A stretch of 64,000 nt of DNA from Octopus sinensis (GCF_006345805.1 NC_043003.1:44144001-44208000); one strand, 5' to 3'. Positions 24,419-38,431 are shown, numbered from the stretch's first letter. Notes: generated by a model from the sequence alone, not told the origin. A program made the numbers and translations.

Positions 24419-24999
24419 TATTATCAGTATTATAAGAGTGGTTGTTGTTGTTGTTAGAAGTGGTCATGTTATCGTTGTTATTTGCTTGTTTCCTTTTACT
24501 ATTTCTTGTTTGAGAGAAGAATAATACTGTTGCAAAATACCTGTTCAAATTTTCCCACTTCCACATAATTTATACCGAAAGTTCGTAATCAAGTAAAGTA
24601 TACTCAGCATAGTGGTTGAAAACTATCATAATCAATATGCCTCACAGCTCAAAGGAATAAAAATTCTGAACAAATTGTTCGCATAGATTTTCAAAACCAA
24701 AATTTGAACGGTAAATATACCAAACAAAATTATACACATCGAGGAAAATAATGACTTAAAAAATGGTGGCAAAATTGAAATTAATTTCAAAAGGAAGTAA
24801 AAACATTAACAAAATTCTCTCACGTGCAAATACACATACATACACTCATGCACATAAAAATGTTGCCAATGGTAGCTGATGGTAGCACTAGGAGCGGTTT
24901 TGCAATTGTTACATATTTATAAATGTTCCAGTTTTTTGGAAACGTTGCATCTAAAACAAAAACAAAATAATCCTAATCCATTTATGTTGCACAAGAGAG

Positions 25000-25450
25000 T
25001 ATCCATCTACGTGAAAAGTTCGGTTACGAACCGACAGGAATAAAATTCTACTGATCCCATCAAAATGCCTCAAAATTCAACGTATTCGCAAAATTTCAGA
25101 ACTGTATGCTATTCGACCGATGTTGTGCTTGCGTTGTTATTTACTTTTTTACCATGCCCCATTTGAGGGGCGTATAAATCAGTTGCGAAATTCCTGTTCG
25201 AATTTTGCCACTTCCTCATAATATAAAACAGAAGTTTATAATAATGTAGCGGGAAATTATGCCTGTGATATAAGATCGTTGGTGAGGTGCATTGTCATGG
25301 AAAGTTAAAACCACCCATGTATTTGCCTATATTGTGGGACATCAGTATATTACACAAAACAAAACTGCATGTAAGCCATGGGAATGGCAGAGTGATTCAA
25401 CACTGGTTTCTTGTCACTTATTTTAAGGCAATACAGTTATATCTGAAAGT
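25000..25450 (-). mobile_element. Possible degenerate Tc1/mariner remnant
   Basis: Minus-strand FHDNAPHQRS (cf. HDNAPAH) near 25290-25320, and a TIR-like end GAACTTTTCACGTA near 25008-25021. Confidence 0.35.
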
Positions 25451-25689
25451 AAAGTTCATGAAAACTTACATGCTATCATGCGAGATAATTATAAGCTTAC
25501 TGCTGCACATGACACCGAAATCGACAGGCACATTTTTCCGGCCACTTAGTGGCTATTGCCCTGAGAAGGGAGCAATTCTGAGAATGGGGTATATAAAAAG
25601 CTAAACTGAGAGATAAGTAAACAGAGATAGACAGTTAGAGAAACAGACAGACAGACAAGCAAAGAGAAAGACAGGCAAACAGAGAGAAT

Positions 25690-25797
25690 TCAGACAGATT
25701 GATAGATAAATAGATAGATAAAGCAATAGAGAGAAACAGATAGGTAGTAAGGCAGACAGATCGATAGATAGATAAATAGATAGATAGATAAATAGAT

Positions 25798-25866
<69 letters not shown>

Positions 25867-25868
25867 CA
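25690..25868. repeat. (AGAT)n microsatellite
   Basis: Direct reading. Confidence 0.95.
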
Positions 25869-26086
25869 TATTAAGAGCAGTCGAGCATTATACGCACTTT
25901 CACCCAAACTTTCTTTGGCTAAAAGAGGGTTCTCTTATGTTTATATGACAAAGCTTTTACCTTTATTGCTCTAGTTTCCTTTCTTATGCTACACAGTAAA
26001 CCTGGCTGTTCTCCTATACGTGTGTATAAAGAGAAAAGAGAAAAAATAAAATTTATTATCAAAGCATTTAATATTTTTGCACAAAA

Positions 26087-26345
26087 ATGCATGCCCGTAT
26101 ACGGCCGCCTAAATCGTTGATTTTCTTGTTGCTAAAACACCCTGCGTACAGCTCAGATAAACTCCCTGCCGACTATCACGTCTTTAAACGCTCCAACACC
26201 CTTTTCCAGGTCGCCGATTTCCTATGGGCAAAGAAGTGCAGGAAGGGATGCATAAATGGCTCCGTGACCAGCTGAATATCGTCTTCGAAATAAGAACCAA
26301 ATGTAAGGAGACTGTATCGAAAAATGAATCAATTTTCAAACACTG
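26087..26345 (+). mobile_element. Mariner transposase C-terminal remnant
   Basis: LLKHPAYSSDKLPADYHVF corresponds to the mariner HPPYSPDLAPSDYHLF motif (third catalytic Asp). Confidence 0.75.
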
Positions 26346-27221
26346 CATTTCATTTAGTAAATTATAGAAACATGAGTGCGTATAATGTTTGGCTTACACT
26401 CGTAGATAGATGGACGGACAGGATTGTAGAAATATATACAGAAAGGGAGGTAAAAATAACACCGGTATCGCGGGATAATGTTCTATTGGTATCCACATCA
26501 TATACATATATTAATCTTCACCCGAGCAGAATGTAGGAAACACCTACTTTCTGATCAGTACTAAATTACAGCAAAGAATTCCGAACCTCGGCCACATCAA
26601 TCAGTTTCGCTCCATCGACGAGGAAGTTGTGTAAAGCAAGTAGTCGGTCACAATATTGCAAAACAACATAATAAAGAAAGTAAAAAGAAACCATCCAGAG
26701 AAAAGTGAGTTTCAAAACACGATGAAACCAAACGTGAGAAGTCAACAAGCTGGCAGGTTTTCTATACTATAAACATCTGACAAGCATTTGCTGAACGGGA
26801 AGAAAACCAATTACAAAGATGCAGCGGGTAAAGAGATTTGGGTGAGTTCAGTGTACAGAGATAGACGGTTAGGGGAAAACAAAAGCAATACTCTATGGTC
26901 AAATTTAGCATACTTTTCCACAGGATAAATGTCAGCATGTAAATCATCACCTGCACGTTGTCTGTTTATCATAATTAGATTGATTTCTTTAAAATTATAT
27001 CTTTTGTTCATTTTGATTGTTTTATCAGAGTGGGTGATCCATTATTAGTTTCGTAACATGTTCTTACATTTATTCTATCATGTGAAATCTCCCTTCAATT
27101 TTATATAATTAAGTTGCCTCCATCATCAGCCATTTGTAACTCAAATATTAGATACATCTTGTTTTATAAGTGAAGAGAATTTAATCTGCAAGTGTAATTT
27201 TGATTTAAAATTTTAGTAAAA

Positions 27222-27485
27222 GCCCTACAATTTCAGAGGAATGGGATAAGTCGATTACGTCGAGCACCGGTTTTAGCTGGTAGTATTTTACCGATCCCGA
27301 AGAGATGAGATGCATAGACATCCCCATGCGAATTTGATATCGCGACGTAAAGTGTGTATATCAAATTCTACTACTAGCGGACATATATTAAGGAAATATC
27401 CTGAAGTTTGGGGAGGGAGTCAGAGCTAGTCGATTATGTCAACCCCGGTGCCAAACGTACCTATTTTATTGATTGAAAGGCAAAA
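27222..27485 (-). mobile_element. Two degenerate SINE family B 3' pieces
   Basis: AAGTCGATTACGTCGA..CGATCCCGAAGAGATG and GGGGAGGG..AGTCGATTATGTCAACCCCGG match the family-B tail in reverse. Confidence 0.5.
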
Positions 27486-27799
27486 TACATCGTACATAAC
27501 GGCACATAAATAGAAGAAATTAGAAGTCAAGTTCTGAGATTAATGTTATAGTCTAACCTAAACTACATAAATCGATTTCTTGAACCTTATGTTACAACGA
27601 TTGATCTTAAGTATTGCTCAAATATACTTTACTTTCCAAGGATCTGTCGCATATTCTGTAGTCCACAAACAGGTTAATGAAATGTAGAAAACATATACAA
27701 CGTGAAATTGATACATAGGTTATTTTAAATAAATCACTGTTAAAACAGAAAAGCATGGGAAACTCTCAGAAATCCATGAAAATAAATTGTTCCGATAAA

Positions 27800-28990
27800 C
27801 GTGGGCCAGCTGAAGAGTTCATAGACTGACAAGATACTCACATAGAATGTGACAAAATGAGGTTTAGTTATCGATACATTCTATCATTGCAGTCCACACG
27901 TCTTCCATCAGTGTTGCATTGCTTGGATTCCATTGTTTTAGAAGCTTTAAACCTGCTGGTCCAAAGAGTCATCAACAGCAGATATCACGCCATATCACTG
28001 TAATACTGGTTCCAAGCGAAGTGTTACTTTCATGTTAGGTAATAGAGGATAGAGAGATGCAGAAAAATCAAGAGAATAGGGAGGGTGATCAGCCGGTTCA
28101 AAACTACAGTCACTCACATTGGCCATTGAAAGCAAGGACTTTTGTGGTGTCGGCGTGTCCAGTGTCCCTGGGCGTTTGGTGTTGATAGACTTTCTTAACT
28201 ATCTCAGGAACATGGTATAACACAATTGAGATATAGTCATTCTGAAAAATAGACCATAATCAATATCTTCTGCATAAAATAAATAAATAAATAAACAGAG
28301 ACCATGAAGGCGAAACAACACTGTCCTTGAAGGCTAAACAACACTGTCCTTTGGAATAGGGGAGGAAGGATTTTCCACTGCATGGATTATGTTTTTCTCT
28401 CGCTCAAAGAGACTAAGCCAACGTTCACCCTGGCTTAAGAAACCATCAAAACAACCAGCTGTATCTGCATAAAACATTGTCAGATATTTCCATGGTGTAC
28501 TTTGGAACAGCTGTGAGAAGACGTGACACACGATAAACCTACATCATCCGAAGTTTAGTGTGCAGAATATCCTAGCTCCTCTCTACTGGGATATGCAAAA
28601 AGCATTGGGTAAAACGCCTGTCAACTATCATGATGTAGTGAAAATGATCAATGTTTTCCTTTGTGATATCAGTGATATCAGTTCCAGGAATTGCAAAGGT
28701 TGAGTCGTTTTAAAGACTCTCCGTTCTCCTCCATAATTCAGCTGCCCACTTTTGAACAGTTGATAGAAATGGATTGTCATCTCCTAATGTAACAATTATC
28801 TCGGCATATAAGTCTTTTCTGAAAGTACATAATAATACCAGGATGGTACTTTTAGCCCATTTTCAAGAGAAGTCATTAACAGTTACAGTGACGTCTTCTC
28901 TGTACTGTCAGATGTCCGTTTATCTGGAAATAAATAATGCAGGTCTCCTTCATAACCAGCCAAAGAAGACTTCATTCCACTCTCACAGAC
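27800..28990 (-). mobile_element. Degenerate, near full-length mariner element
   Basis: ORF 28334..28531 (YLTMFYADTAGCFDGFLSQGERW...PSSPIPKD) aligns to the mariner first-Asp region. HPPYS-coding DNA GAATAGGGAGGGTGATC at ~28075, WAAE-coding CAGCTGCCCA at ~28739, and a TIR-like end CAGCTGAAGAGTTCATAG at ~27808. Confidence 0.8.
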
Positions 28991-29538
28991 ATATACGAAT
29001 TGTTGAACATTAAATGTTCAACATTTAATGTATTTAGACGAAATGACTGGTATACTATTTGATTTCCTGTTCCTCACCAAATTCTTCCACATTCTTATTG
29101 GGTATATTATTTTTCAATCATGTAATATTCGCAACGGTAGCTCACACGCACACACACATTCACACACACATGCACGCACACATTCACGCACATACACACA
29201 TACACGCAGGTACACGCATACACACACACGTATACATGTATGTATGTCATAAAAGCAATAGAATATATAAATGCCTACACAAAAGCATATATGTGTTCAT
29301 ATGCGTGTGTGTGCAAGCGAGTGTGTGTGCAAGTGAGTGTGTGTGTGTATGCGTATACGAGTGTCTAAATATGTAAGTATATACGTAAATATGCTTACAT
29401 GTATACATGTTTATATGTACACAGACACACATGTATATTATAAACGTACATATAGAAAAGTGATATATATATTACCTCTAATTGCTAACGGGTACGTGGG
29501 TGAGATTAATTACGTGTATTTCTGCATATATTTATGCA

Positions 29539-29990
29539 TAGGGTTGTCCGAAAGCTTTGTGACACCTTATCGAAAAGTTGTATGAGCAACAGAAAAACAA
29601 TATAATAATATCAAACACATTTACTGGGTTTAGTATATTCACTTTCATTGACACTGACAGTGTCACACATCAAGGAGATCTATATGAATATAATCATTTT
29701 CACGACACAAATTGATGCGGCGCCATGTCCTGTGTGACATTTTACGACGCTGTGTTTTGGTGATTTTTGCAAAGGCTGCAGGAACAGCGTCCTTCAGCTA
29801 TTGGGTATTCTGCAATCGCTCTTGTCAAACACTCTCCTTGATAATACTCCACAGAACATTGTTGCAAGATGTGAGGCTTGGACTGCTGGTAAGCCTATTG
29901 AGAGGTGCTGGAAGTTGTGATTCTTACCACATCCACATATCACGAAAATCTCCATACTGGTATTCCTTGACATTGATTGGCATAGTAGGG
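29539..29990 (-). mobile_element. Tc1/mariner-superfamily transposase 3' remnant with terminal TIR
   Basis: Minus-strand SPSLTSCNNVLWSIIKESV..LKDAVPAAFAKIT..RKMSHRTWRRINLC (cf. SPDLTPCD..LWG). TA-GGGTTGTCCGAAAG TIR-like end at 29539. Confidence 0.7.
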
Positions 29991-30203
29991 TAAGGTTCCA
30001 TCTTGGTGAAACCAACGTGTGTGCAAATATATATATATATATATATAAGTACATGTGTGTTTGTCGCTCAAATTTTGTTCATGTTGGCGTAAATTGCAGC
30101 TATCGAAAAATGCATTCATTTGTGTTACGTGGATAGAATCTCGCCTCAGGATTTCCTTAGACAAAGTCTTCAAGTTGAAGATGAAGGCGTTTTTTTATGG
30201 AAA

Positions 30204-30336
30204 GAAGCTTGCTTCTCAACCACACGTTTCTGGGATCAGTCCCACTGTGTAAAGCCTTGGGCAAGAGTCTTCTACTATAGCAACCAAAGCCTTGTGAGTG
30301 GATTTGGTAGACGGAAACTGAATGAAGCCCGTCGTA
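30204..30336 (+). mobile_element. SINE family A, 5' half
   Basis: AGCTTGCTTCTCAACCAC..CCTTGGGCAAGAGTCTTCTACTATAGC..GACGGAAACTGAATGAAGCCCGTCG. Confidence 0.85.
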
Positions 30337-30965
30337 TACACACACACAAATTTACCTTAGCCGGTGTAACACTTGCTAACTACCTGATAAAATTATGTAT
30401 AGATTTTTATCCTAAATTTTGAAATATAGTAAAATATATATATATATAATTTCACCTGAACCAAAATTATTCACTGCTGAATTATTTGGTTATTCACTCG
30501 TGGTCGAAAATAAACGAGCTTGATTTTTGAATTTAATTTTGTATATAAGTACGAATAATTGTATTTGCGCTGTGAAGCTGTTGTATCTATGGGGTATGTA
30601 TAAATGTTCGTTTTCATGTGCATTGCGTTGTGTTACTCTGACGATGCAAAAAATACTGAAAACAAATGAACCTGTTCATGAATGTTTTCGTTTATTTGCA
30701 CGTGCTGCGAGTTTTTTATAATGAAATTTATATTTTAAGGTAGATTACACACAATTCGCGTCTTCTTTCAGCACGTCGCTTATCTTGCCCTAAATATATA
30801 TATATATGTATATATATATGTTTTTTACGGAGATGTACTCGCATAGCAAGTAATTTGATCTGAGACCGTGCGCTGAAACGAAAACAATTGCAGCGTGGAA
30901 GGTGTTTATAAGCCATTTAAGAAACACACAAAAGCCGTTCAATTCACTTCAACATTTAAGTTTAA

Positions 30966-31015
30966 TTTGTCAAAATATTTTCGTCGCTAAAATCCGCGAC
31001 CTGTTCACTGACAAT
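30966..31015 (-). ncRNA. Mirror copy of the G3-C8 hammerhead-like motif
   Basis: Reverse complement of 31038-31087 with one terminal stem-I mismatch. Confidence 0.7.
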
Positions 31016-31037
31016 AATCCGAGATGCAGCACGGATT

Positions 31038-31087
31038 TTTGTCAGTGAACAGGTCGCGGATTTTAGCGACGAAAATATTTTGACAAA
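31038..31087 (+). ncRNA. Minimal hammerhead-like motif with compensatory G3-C8 core
   Basis: UUUGUCA-GUGAACA-G-GUCGC/GGAUUUUA/GCGAC-GAA-AAUAUU-U-UGACAAA. Stem I is 7 bp, stem II is 5 bp, stem III is the palindrome AAUAUU, triplet UUU. Confidence 0.7.
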
Positions 31088-31309
31088 TTAAACTTGAATG
31101 TTGAAGTGAATTGAACGGCTTTTGTGTGTTTCTTAAATGGCTTATAAACACCTTCCACGCTGCAATTGTTATATATATATATATATTATATATATATATA
31201 TATATAATATATATATATATTATATATATATATATATATATATCAACGTAACAGTCTGGTCAACATATTACGATATTAACATGCTTGTGATTGTGCTCAC
31301 CGCAGGCAC

Positions 31310-31500
31310 GCGTTCACTCAACCGGAGATTGAGAGTGACACAGAATGTGAACATGTTGGCCATTTCAAAATACATTCTGATGAGTGAGTGGGCAAGAGCA
31401 ATGTGAAATAAAGCACAACATAACACGCATGCTGCGTATCGAACTCGTCACCATGCGATCGCGAATCGAACACCCTAATCAATAAGTAGCACGCTTACAC
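31310..31500 (-). mobile_element. Degenerate SINE family C
   Basis: GTGACACAGAATGTGA..GCAATGTGAAATAAAG..ATCGAACTC..ACCCTAATCA resembles 55264-55586. Confidence 0.6.
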
Positions 31501-31558
31501 ACACGCCCGCGTACATGTACAAACACGCTCAGACATACACACACTCATATATATATAT

Positions 31559-31600
<42 letters not shown>

Positions 31601-31640
31601 AATCTGTGTATGTAAATAGAGGGATAGAGTGTGTGTGTGT

Positions 31641-31698
<58 letters not shown>

Positions 31699-33601
31699 TT
31701 GAGCTTCAAAGTCTACTGTTATTTGTTCTTAATTAATTTATTCTTTATTTCATTTCATTTATTATTACGTGATTCTGTCACGCTATTCAATTTGTCTCAC
31801 TATAGATCTACCATTTAATTTACTTTTCCTATTGTACCATTTCCTATGCAGCTATACTTCTATCGCATCATCAGTGTACATATATCACTTTTCCTTACAC
31901 TTCCTTACACACTTCTCGTTCTCTGCCATTCTCTCTGTTTTATCTCTCCCTTTACCTATTTATCTATCAATATAGCACAATATCACACTATCTATGTAAG
32001 TCTCTATCCCACCACCTCTTCATTTGTCTCTGTTGTTAAACATTCAAATCTAAACTAACAACAAGGCATCTATTGTCTTTTGTGTTATTTTATTATCATG
32101 TAATTCTGTTATATTATTCCCTCACAATACTGTAAATTCACATAAGTGCATCACCTCTATATACCTCGTCCATATATATACATGTGTGTGTTTGTGTGTG
32201 TATGTGTGTGTATGTGTGCACATCTGTAGGTGTGTATGTATGTGTGCGTGTGTGTGTCTTTTGTGGGTGCGTGAGTTTACTGGTACATGTATGTTTCTAT
32301 GTGTATCATTTTTTGGTATTTTTGTTAATGAATATCAAGGATTTCCCGTTGTTTCTGTTAAATATTTAGTTTTAATTTTATAATATTATTTTCCTTCGTT
32401 CTTTTCTTTTGTATATTTCCTTTCACACAGTGAGCACGTCGCAGCAGCGATTGATTATCAAATTATTAAGAGCTGCCTTTGTTTAGTCAACCTGAAATTA
32501 TGGTAGTAGGTCTTGCACTATCGGAAATCGAAGAATCGTTCGTTTAATTTTTTTTTTGTTTTAGTTTGTTTCAATTTCAAACAAAGAGACAAAAATTCGC
32601 GTCTATCGAAGAAATTATGAAAGTAATTAGTTTTCTAAATCTTATTGAGAACAAATGTAAACAGACTGCCATCTCTTTAGTTTCAGGTGGAACAAATTGT
32701 GTGCACTTCTAAACCAGGCATTGTTTGCTTATAAAATAGAAGCAGACGTATGTACTAAAAAGTGCAATAGCTATTCGACAGATATCTGGATTTAACCTAT
32801 GGCATAATACTCATCGTTATTGTCGATCCTATTTGAAGATATGATCTCCGTGTTCGCTAATTTAGTATGTTCTGCTACTATTATTTAAAAGTATTTTATC
32901 TTTCTATTTCTGATCAAATATTATTATAGATCTGTTCATTTTGCTTCTTTGCCTCGGATAAATCGTTTCAGTAAAAACGTTTTTTTATAGAATATCTAAG
33001 CTGTGATATATTGTGACCTTCTCATGTGCAACGTAGGATTTAAAAGTGGTATCATGTACGGGTTCCCTCGAATCGATGTAGTAATTTTTTATTTCTCAGT
33101 TACAATTTGCTAATAATATGCTAATAATTCTATTCGAATTAATTCATATGTAATATCTTGCTTAATTTTTGCATTATTTCTCTTTTTGTTACGCGAATTT
33201 TCATGTTTATCACTTTCCAAAACCTCTTAATGCATTGCCATTTTACCTCCATGTGGCCAGCATTCCATTAAATAGAAGTGAAGCTTCTATATAAAATATA
33301 TATTTCGTGATTTATTAGTAGAATTATTAATATTAAAATTAAAACAACGCCAGTGAAATGAGAAATGAAGAGAAGTGTCATATGGAAATTGTTGGGCGGA
33401 AAAGGATAAATATAAGATTAAGCAATATACGTGATCACTAATCTCACAGGAAAGCTCAACGAGAGGATGATCCGAAGGATAATCTCAATTTATTCAAAAT
33501 TTGATGCGTCACCTTCATAATAATAATTCAGTGAGTATGGATGTTTGTCACGAAAAATAATTTTATGTATTTGTTTCTATCAAATAGTTCAATTATTGCT
33601 T

Positions 33602-33906
<305 letters not shown>

Positions 33907-35389
33907 ATGGCATTGTTCCTTAACCGTCCTTTGAATTTTATATAAAAGCGTATCTCTTATGAATACTGAAATCATACCTAATAACTTTTCTAACACGTTG
34001 TATAAAAAGAAAGTACCCTGCTGGCAAATAACTAATTGGATATTTAATATGGTACAAATCATTTTTCACTTGCATTTATAATGCATGCTTTCATTGTCCA
34101 GAGTAAAGAATCATTCCCAAGACATGTTAAGCAAGGTTTTATTTCAGTTTCCTTTTCACAAGTCCTGGTAAATTCGATTTATGGTGTAATTTTCTTCACT
34201 TATTAAACATAAACAATATGTCTGAAATATGCCATCAAATACGCAACATTTCATTTCCTGGTTGCTGTTAAACATATGCGTTTTTTTTTTACGTTCGATT
34301 AGCTTGTTTGAAATGGTAAGTACCAGAATATTTCATTTTGCTTGTCTTTATGTGCTTTTCATGTGAGCATATCTTTAAATAACTTCAGTTTATTACCATT
34401 TTAAAATCCTGGAACATCTTTATCTACATAAAATCTCTAAATATATCATTCCTCTCAATGAATGCATTTTTGTTTAAGGTCGGGTAGCCAGGGACAACGT
34501 GATAAGTTGTTTGATCCAAACCTTCCCTCATATTGCAGTTATAACTTGCATTATAATTCTCTGCCTGAATCTGGGGGCCGGTACTGCGGAAGTTCTATTG
34601 CAAGTACAACAATCAAGAATCTATTATTTCGAAATTTAAACCAGCACCACCTTAATTAATATTGTAGTGTAATTCCATTTATTTTCACTGAGTTTATTCC
34701 TTTAATTTTTCAGCTATTCGCCTAACAGTGTTCTCTTATGGCACTGTGAAAGCACGAAAACTTTTGTAGCCCTATTTTTTTAATTAGTTTCCTTTATTTT
34801 GTTTTCATATTTTCACTAAGTCTGTTATTTTCTCTCCTCTCGCAGATGTCACTGATTTTAGCTTTTCTCGTGTAATAATTTACGTCTTTGAAACCCAAAA
34901 AAGAAAACCGTACATTTTTTTCTCTCGCGTTGTTCAATAAATATTTGTAGCTATATTCCAGTATTTTTTTTACTAGATATCTCAATATTCGTACAGCAGA
35001 TATTTTATAATCATTTTTTATTTGCATAAGGCTTCTACGTATTTCAAGTAATTACAATCTTTCTATGTAAGACTTTGAATGGTGTATTCGATATAAAGTA
35101 ATAATGTTACTTTTTATTCTGTCTACTCTTAATAATTTATTTAGCTTTCTGTTGAGAACAGTTTTTTTAGTGGTTGATTACTACGACATATGAGAATGAG
35201 TATCGATGGCCTATATTGTATACTTGCATTTAACATTGTTTTAAGTATTACTCTAAGGCGTATATATAATTTCACCTAAACCAAAATTATTAACTGTTGA
35301 ATTATTTGGTTATTCACACGTAGACGAGATAAACAAAGTAGATTTTTCAATTTTAATTAGTGTATTAGTATGAACATTTGTATATGCAT

Positions 35390-38330
35390 ACCCTAGTTGC
35401 CCTTAATATAGTTTTATAATATTTATTCCATTTTTTACTTGTTCCCATGACTCCGACTATTACCACCTTTTTCATCGAACAAAACTTCTTAAGCTCCCCA
35501 GCTAATCTGTCATATTTATTGAATTTTCTTTCTTACTTATCGCATTCATTGTTCTCAGCTGGGCATGCTATATTAATGATCCAGCACTGTTTGCTTTCTT
35601 GCTCAAATAAGACTATGTCTTGCTTCCTATTCTCTCTCTCATGGTCGCACTGAATCATAAAATCACAGACAATCTATGCATTATCATTTTCGATGATCCC
35701 TTCGGATTTATGGTCGTACCAATTTTTTGCTCGGTCAAGTCCATACTTGTTGCAAAGTGTCCAATGGACAAACCAGGCTATATTGTCGTGGTGTATCATA
35801 TATTCGTTCTAGGCCAGTGGCGTACTTTGACTGGTAATATGCCATACGGTTTCGCAGATTTGTGCACAAATTTTGCACTTAACACTTTCTGCTGTGTGGT
35901 TTATTTTGTATATTATATATTTTGTTCTTAGTACTTGCTCTTGTGCAGCACAGACTAGATCCACTGTTTCCGTTGTTAAATCACTTTTAGTCATCCACAG
36001 CCATCTTTTTTCTCTGTCTCACTTATCGTCAACATCCCTATGAAATTGTCGATGCATTGTTTTCTTTACCAAACTATTTTCAGTTTCATTTGTTTTTAAG
36101 ACCTTGTGCAGTGCTTTATATTTGCAGTATTTCATCCTACACAAGCCTGATATTCTAATAATATCGGTTCTGTGGCATTTATGGCATAAAATGCTACTTT
36201 GTTTTCTTTTGCCTTAATAATGTGTTCGCATCCAATAAGTCCTATGCCCCTCTTTGTCTTGGTACATACAGTCTGTTTGTGTCACTTTTTGATGGAGTTA
36301 GAAAATTCTTTGTCTTTTGGGAGGAGTTAGCAACATCCATGTCTTTCTGTCTAAGCTATATAGTTCGTCTAGTATCCATGCAATTACCCTGCTCCATATC
36401 TAAGGAGTGAAACCACCCAAGTGTTGATCGCTTCAATCTTACTCCGTTCGTTTAATTTCGACTTTGCAGTCTGTGCAAGTACTCCACTTAAAATTTTTAT
36501 GTCATTTATTTCTCCATCAATTCCAAAATTTCCAAAATCCTGAAGTTGTTATAGCTCGTCTCTTCTATCTGCTCCATAACCTCTCTCGACATTATCATTA
36601 GCCCGTCTATACATTTGATTTCCCCTCTCCTCAAACATAACACCACACTTTCTCAGTCGTCCGAACTCCATTCTGATATGAGCACTGAAAGTATACACAG
36701 TATTAACGAGGGAACTGACTTCAGCTTCATCTTTGGGGTCACCCATGAATAACAAATGATTGATTATTTTGTTTTTGTTGGTGTCGTTTGAATACATACT
36801 CAGCGTATGTTTTCCTCGGGATCAGTATTAGTGGTATCAAGCTCATTACAAATAACAGTGGAGACAGGCAGGCCCCTTCGAAGATGCCCCTCCTGATTTC
36901 CTTTCCTCCTAATCTTCTTCCGTCCTCCAATACGCCATACCTTTCCACGCAATCGCTCAACATTCGATGCAGTACCAAATAGGTTCATGCATTCCATAAT
37001 CCAAGAATGTAGGATCATATCGTAGACTTACGATAGTCGATTCATGACATGGCTACGTTACTTTTCTTCGTCTTGCAGTCTCTAAGTACAGATTTATCTA
37101 TCAAGAGTTGATCATTGGTATTTCTGCACTTACGCTTGCAACCCTTCATCTGATGTGGCAGGACTTCTTTTTTCCAAATGTTCGCACAGTGACTATGTGT
37201 GTATTCCAGTCAATAATTTACACATAAATGGCAAACAGGATATCAACCTGTTATTGTCTACCGTATTGCCTTTTTCTATGTTTTTCAAGCAGAGCAATGC
37301 CCTACCCTGATGTTACTTTGCGTACCTATTCGTACATGACATTCACCAAATCTTTTGATCCAGTATCCGTGAGCTCCGTCTGGTCACGTGCCGTCCATTT
37401 TCTCATTTTTGCTGATTTACTTCACTTCCCTAACTGAAATGTATAGTTCTGCTTTTTTTGGACAGACTACTGTGTTTCAGTTCTTGCAACCTTTTTGTGC
37501 TCCTTGTCTTTGCTCCACAACCGCTGACTTATATTATTATCTGGTATCAACTTTTCACCTGTACATTCTCCATTTATTTCTTTATAAAATCTCTTCTGAT
37601 CTATTCTGAATAACCTATTCTGGTTGTAACCCTTCATTATTCAGTCGTATCTTACCATCTTTGATTTCTTTGCAACGAGGTGCTATTTCAGTCCCTCCAT
37701 TACCACTTTCAGGTCCTTTCTTTGAATATTATACTTCCTTTTCAGTGCCCTATATGTTTGTTCGCTTTTAAGCTTACACAGAAATGTCTTCGAAAGCATA
37801 TCTAACTCTGCCTGAATTCTTCTTTTCCACCATGGATCTTTTCTTTTGTCATTCCCATTATATTTCTTTTCTTTGTCATCAACACACACGTTTTCTGCTG
37901 CAAACAATACTTTTTTGCTTTGATGAGATTATTTGTTTCTGTGATGTTTGTTCTGATGTAGTTCAGGATTTCATTAACATATTTCGTTTCTTGGTTCAAT
38001 TTTCACCGGTCAACATTTTTAAAGTTGCAAATAATGTCGCTATCATTCATCCTGTAGTCTTGCTTTATTCTGTCGTAGATTGCCTTGTGCTCATCTGTCA
38101 TGTCGCCATTAGTTTTAGTGTCATTTTCAGATAATCTATATGTCTCTCCATCGTTATGTCTGCTGCTATTTTCCAATACCAGATTTTTTATACCCTCGAG
38201 CTCTAATTCTATGAATTGGGGAGAGGTGGTTTTCTTCCAGATGTTTGCGATATTATAGCAGCATTTCATTAACTTTTTCAAGCAGCTTTTATGTGATCTT
38301 GTTAGATATTTTACCCAAAACTTGGGCACC
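35390..38330 (-). mobile_element. Degenerate R4/Dong-clade retrotransposon, 5' end abutting (ATT)n
   Basis: ORF-track pieces DPWWKRRIQAEL (37683..37907), IRRGIFEGACLSPLLFVMSLIPL (36739..36978), INHLLFMGD (36549..36797) and ETVDLVCAAQEQVLRTKY..KCKICAQICETVWHI (35809..35994). RLE-region DNA at 35440-35800. Confidence 0.9.
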
Positions 38331-38354
38331 TGATTATTATTATTATTATTATTA

Positions 38355-38431
<77 letters not shown>

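Larger units (their letters stand above)
30820..31170. mobile_element. Penelope-type repeat (family 3) containing a 288-bp near-perfect palindrome, between (TA)n tracts
   Basis: The two halves of 30883-31170 are reverse complements with very few mismatches around a short loop (~31021-31031). TA-rich tracts lie at 30796-30819 and from 31171. Confidence 0.8.

Noticed and set aside
34430-34600. Minus-strand open stretch NFRSTGPQIQAENYN after a TAG acceptor
   Set aside because: The resemblance to a carbohydrate-binding motif rests on six residues. No other support.
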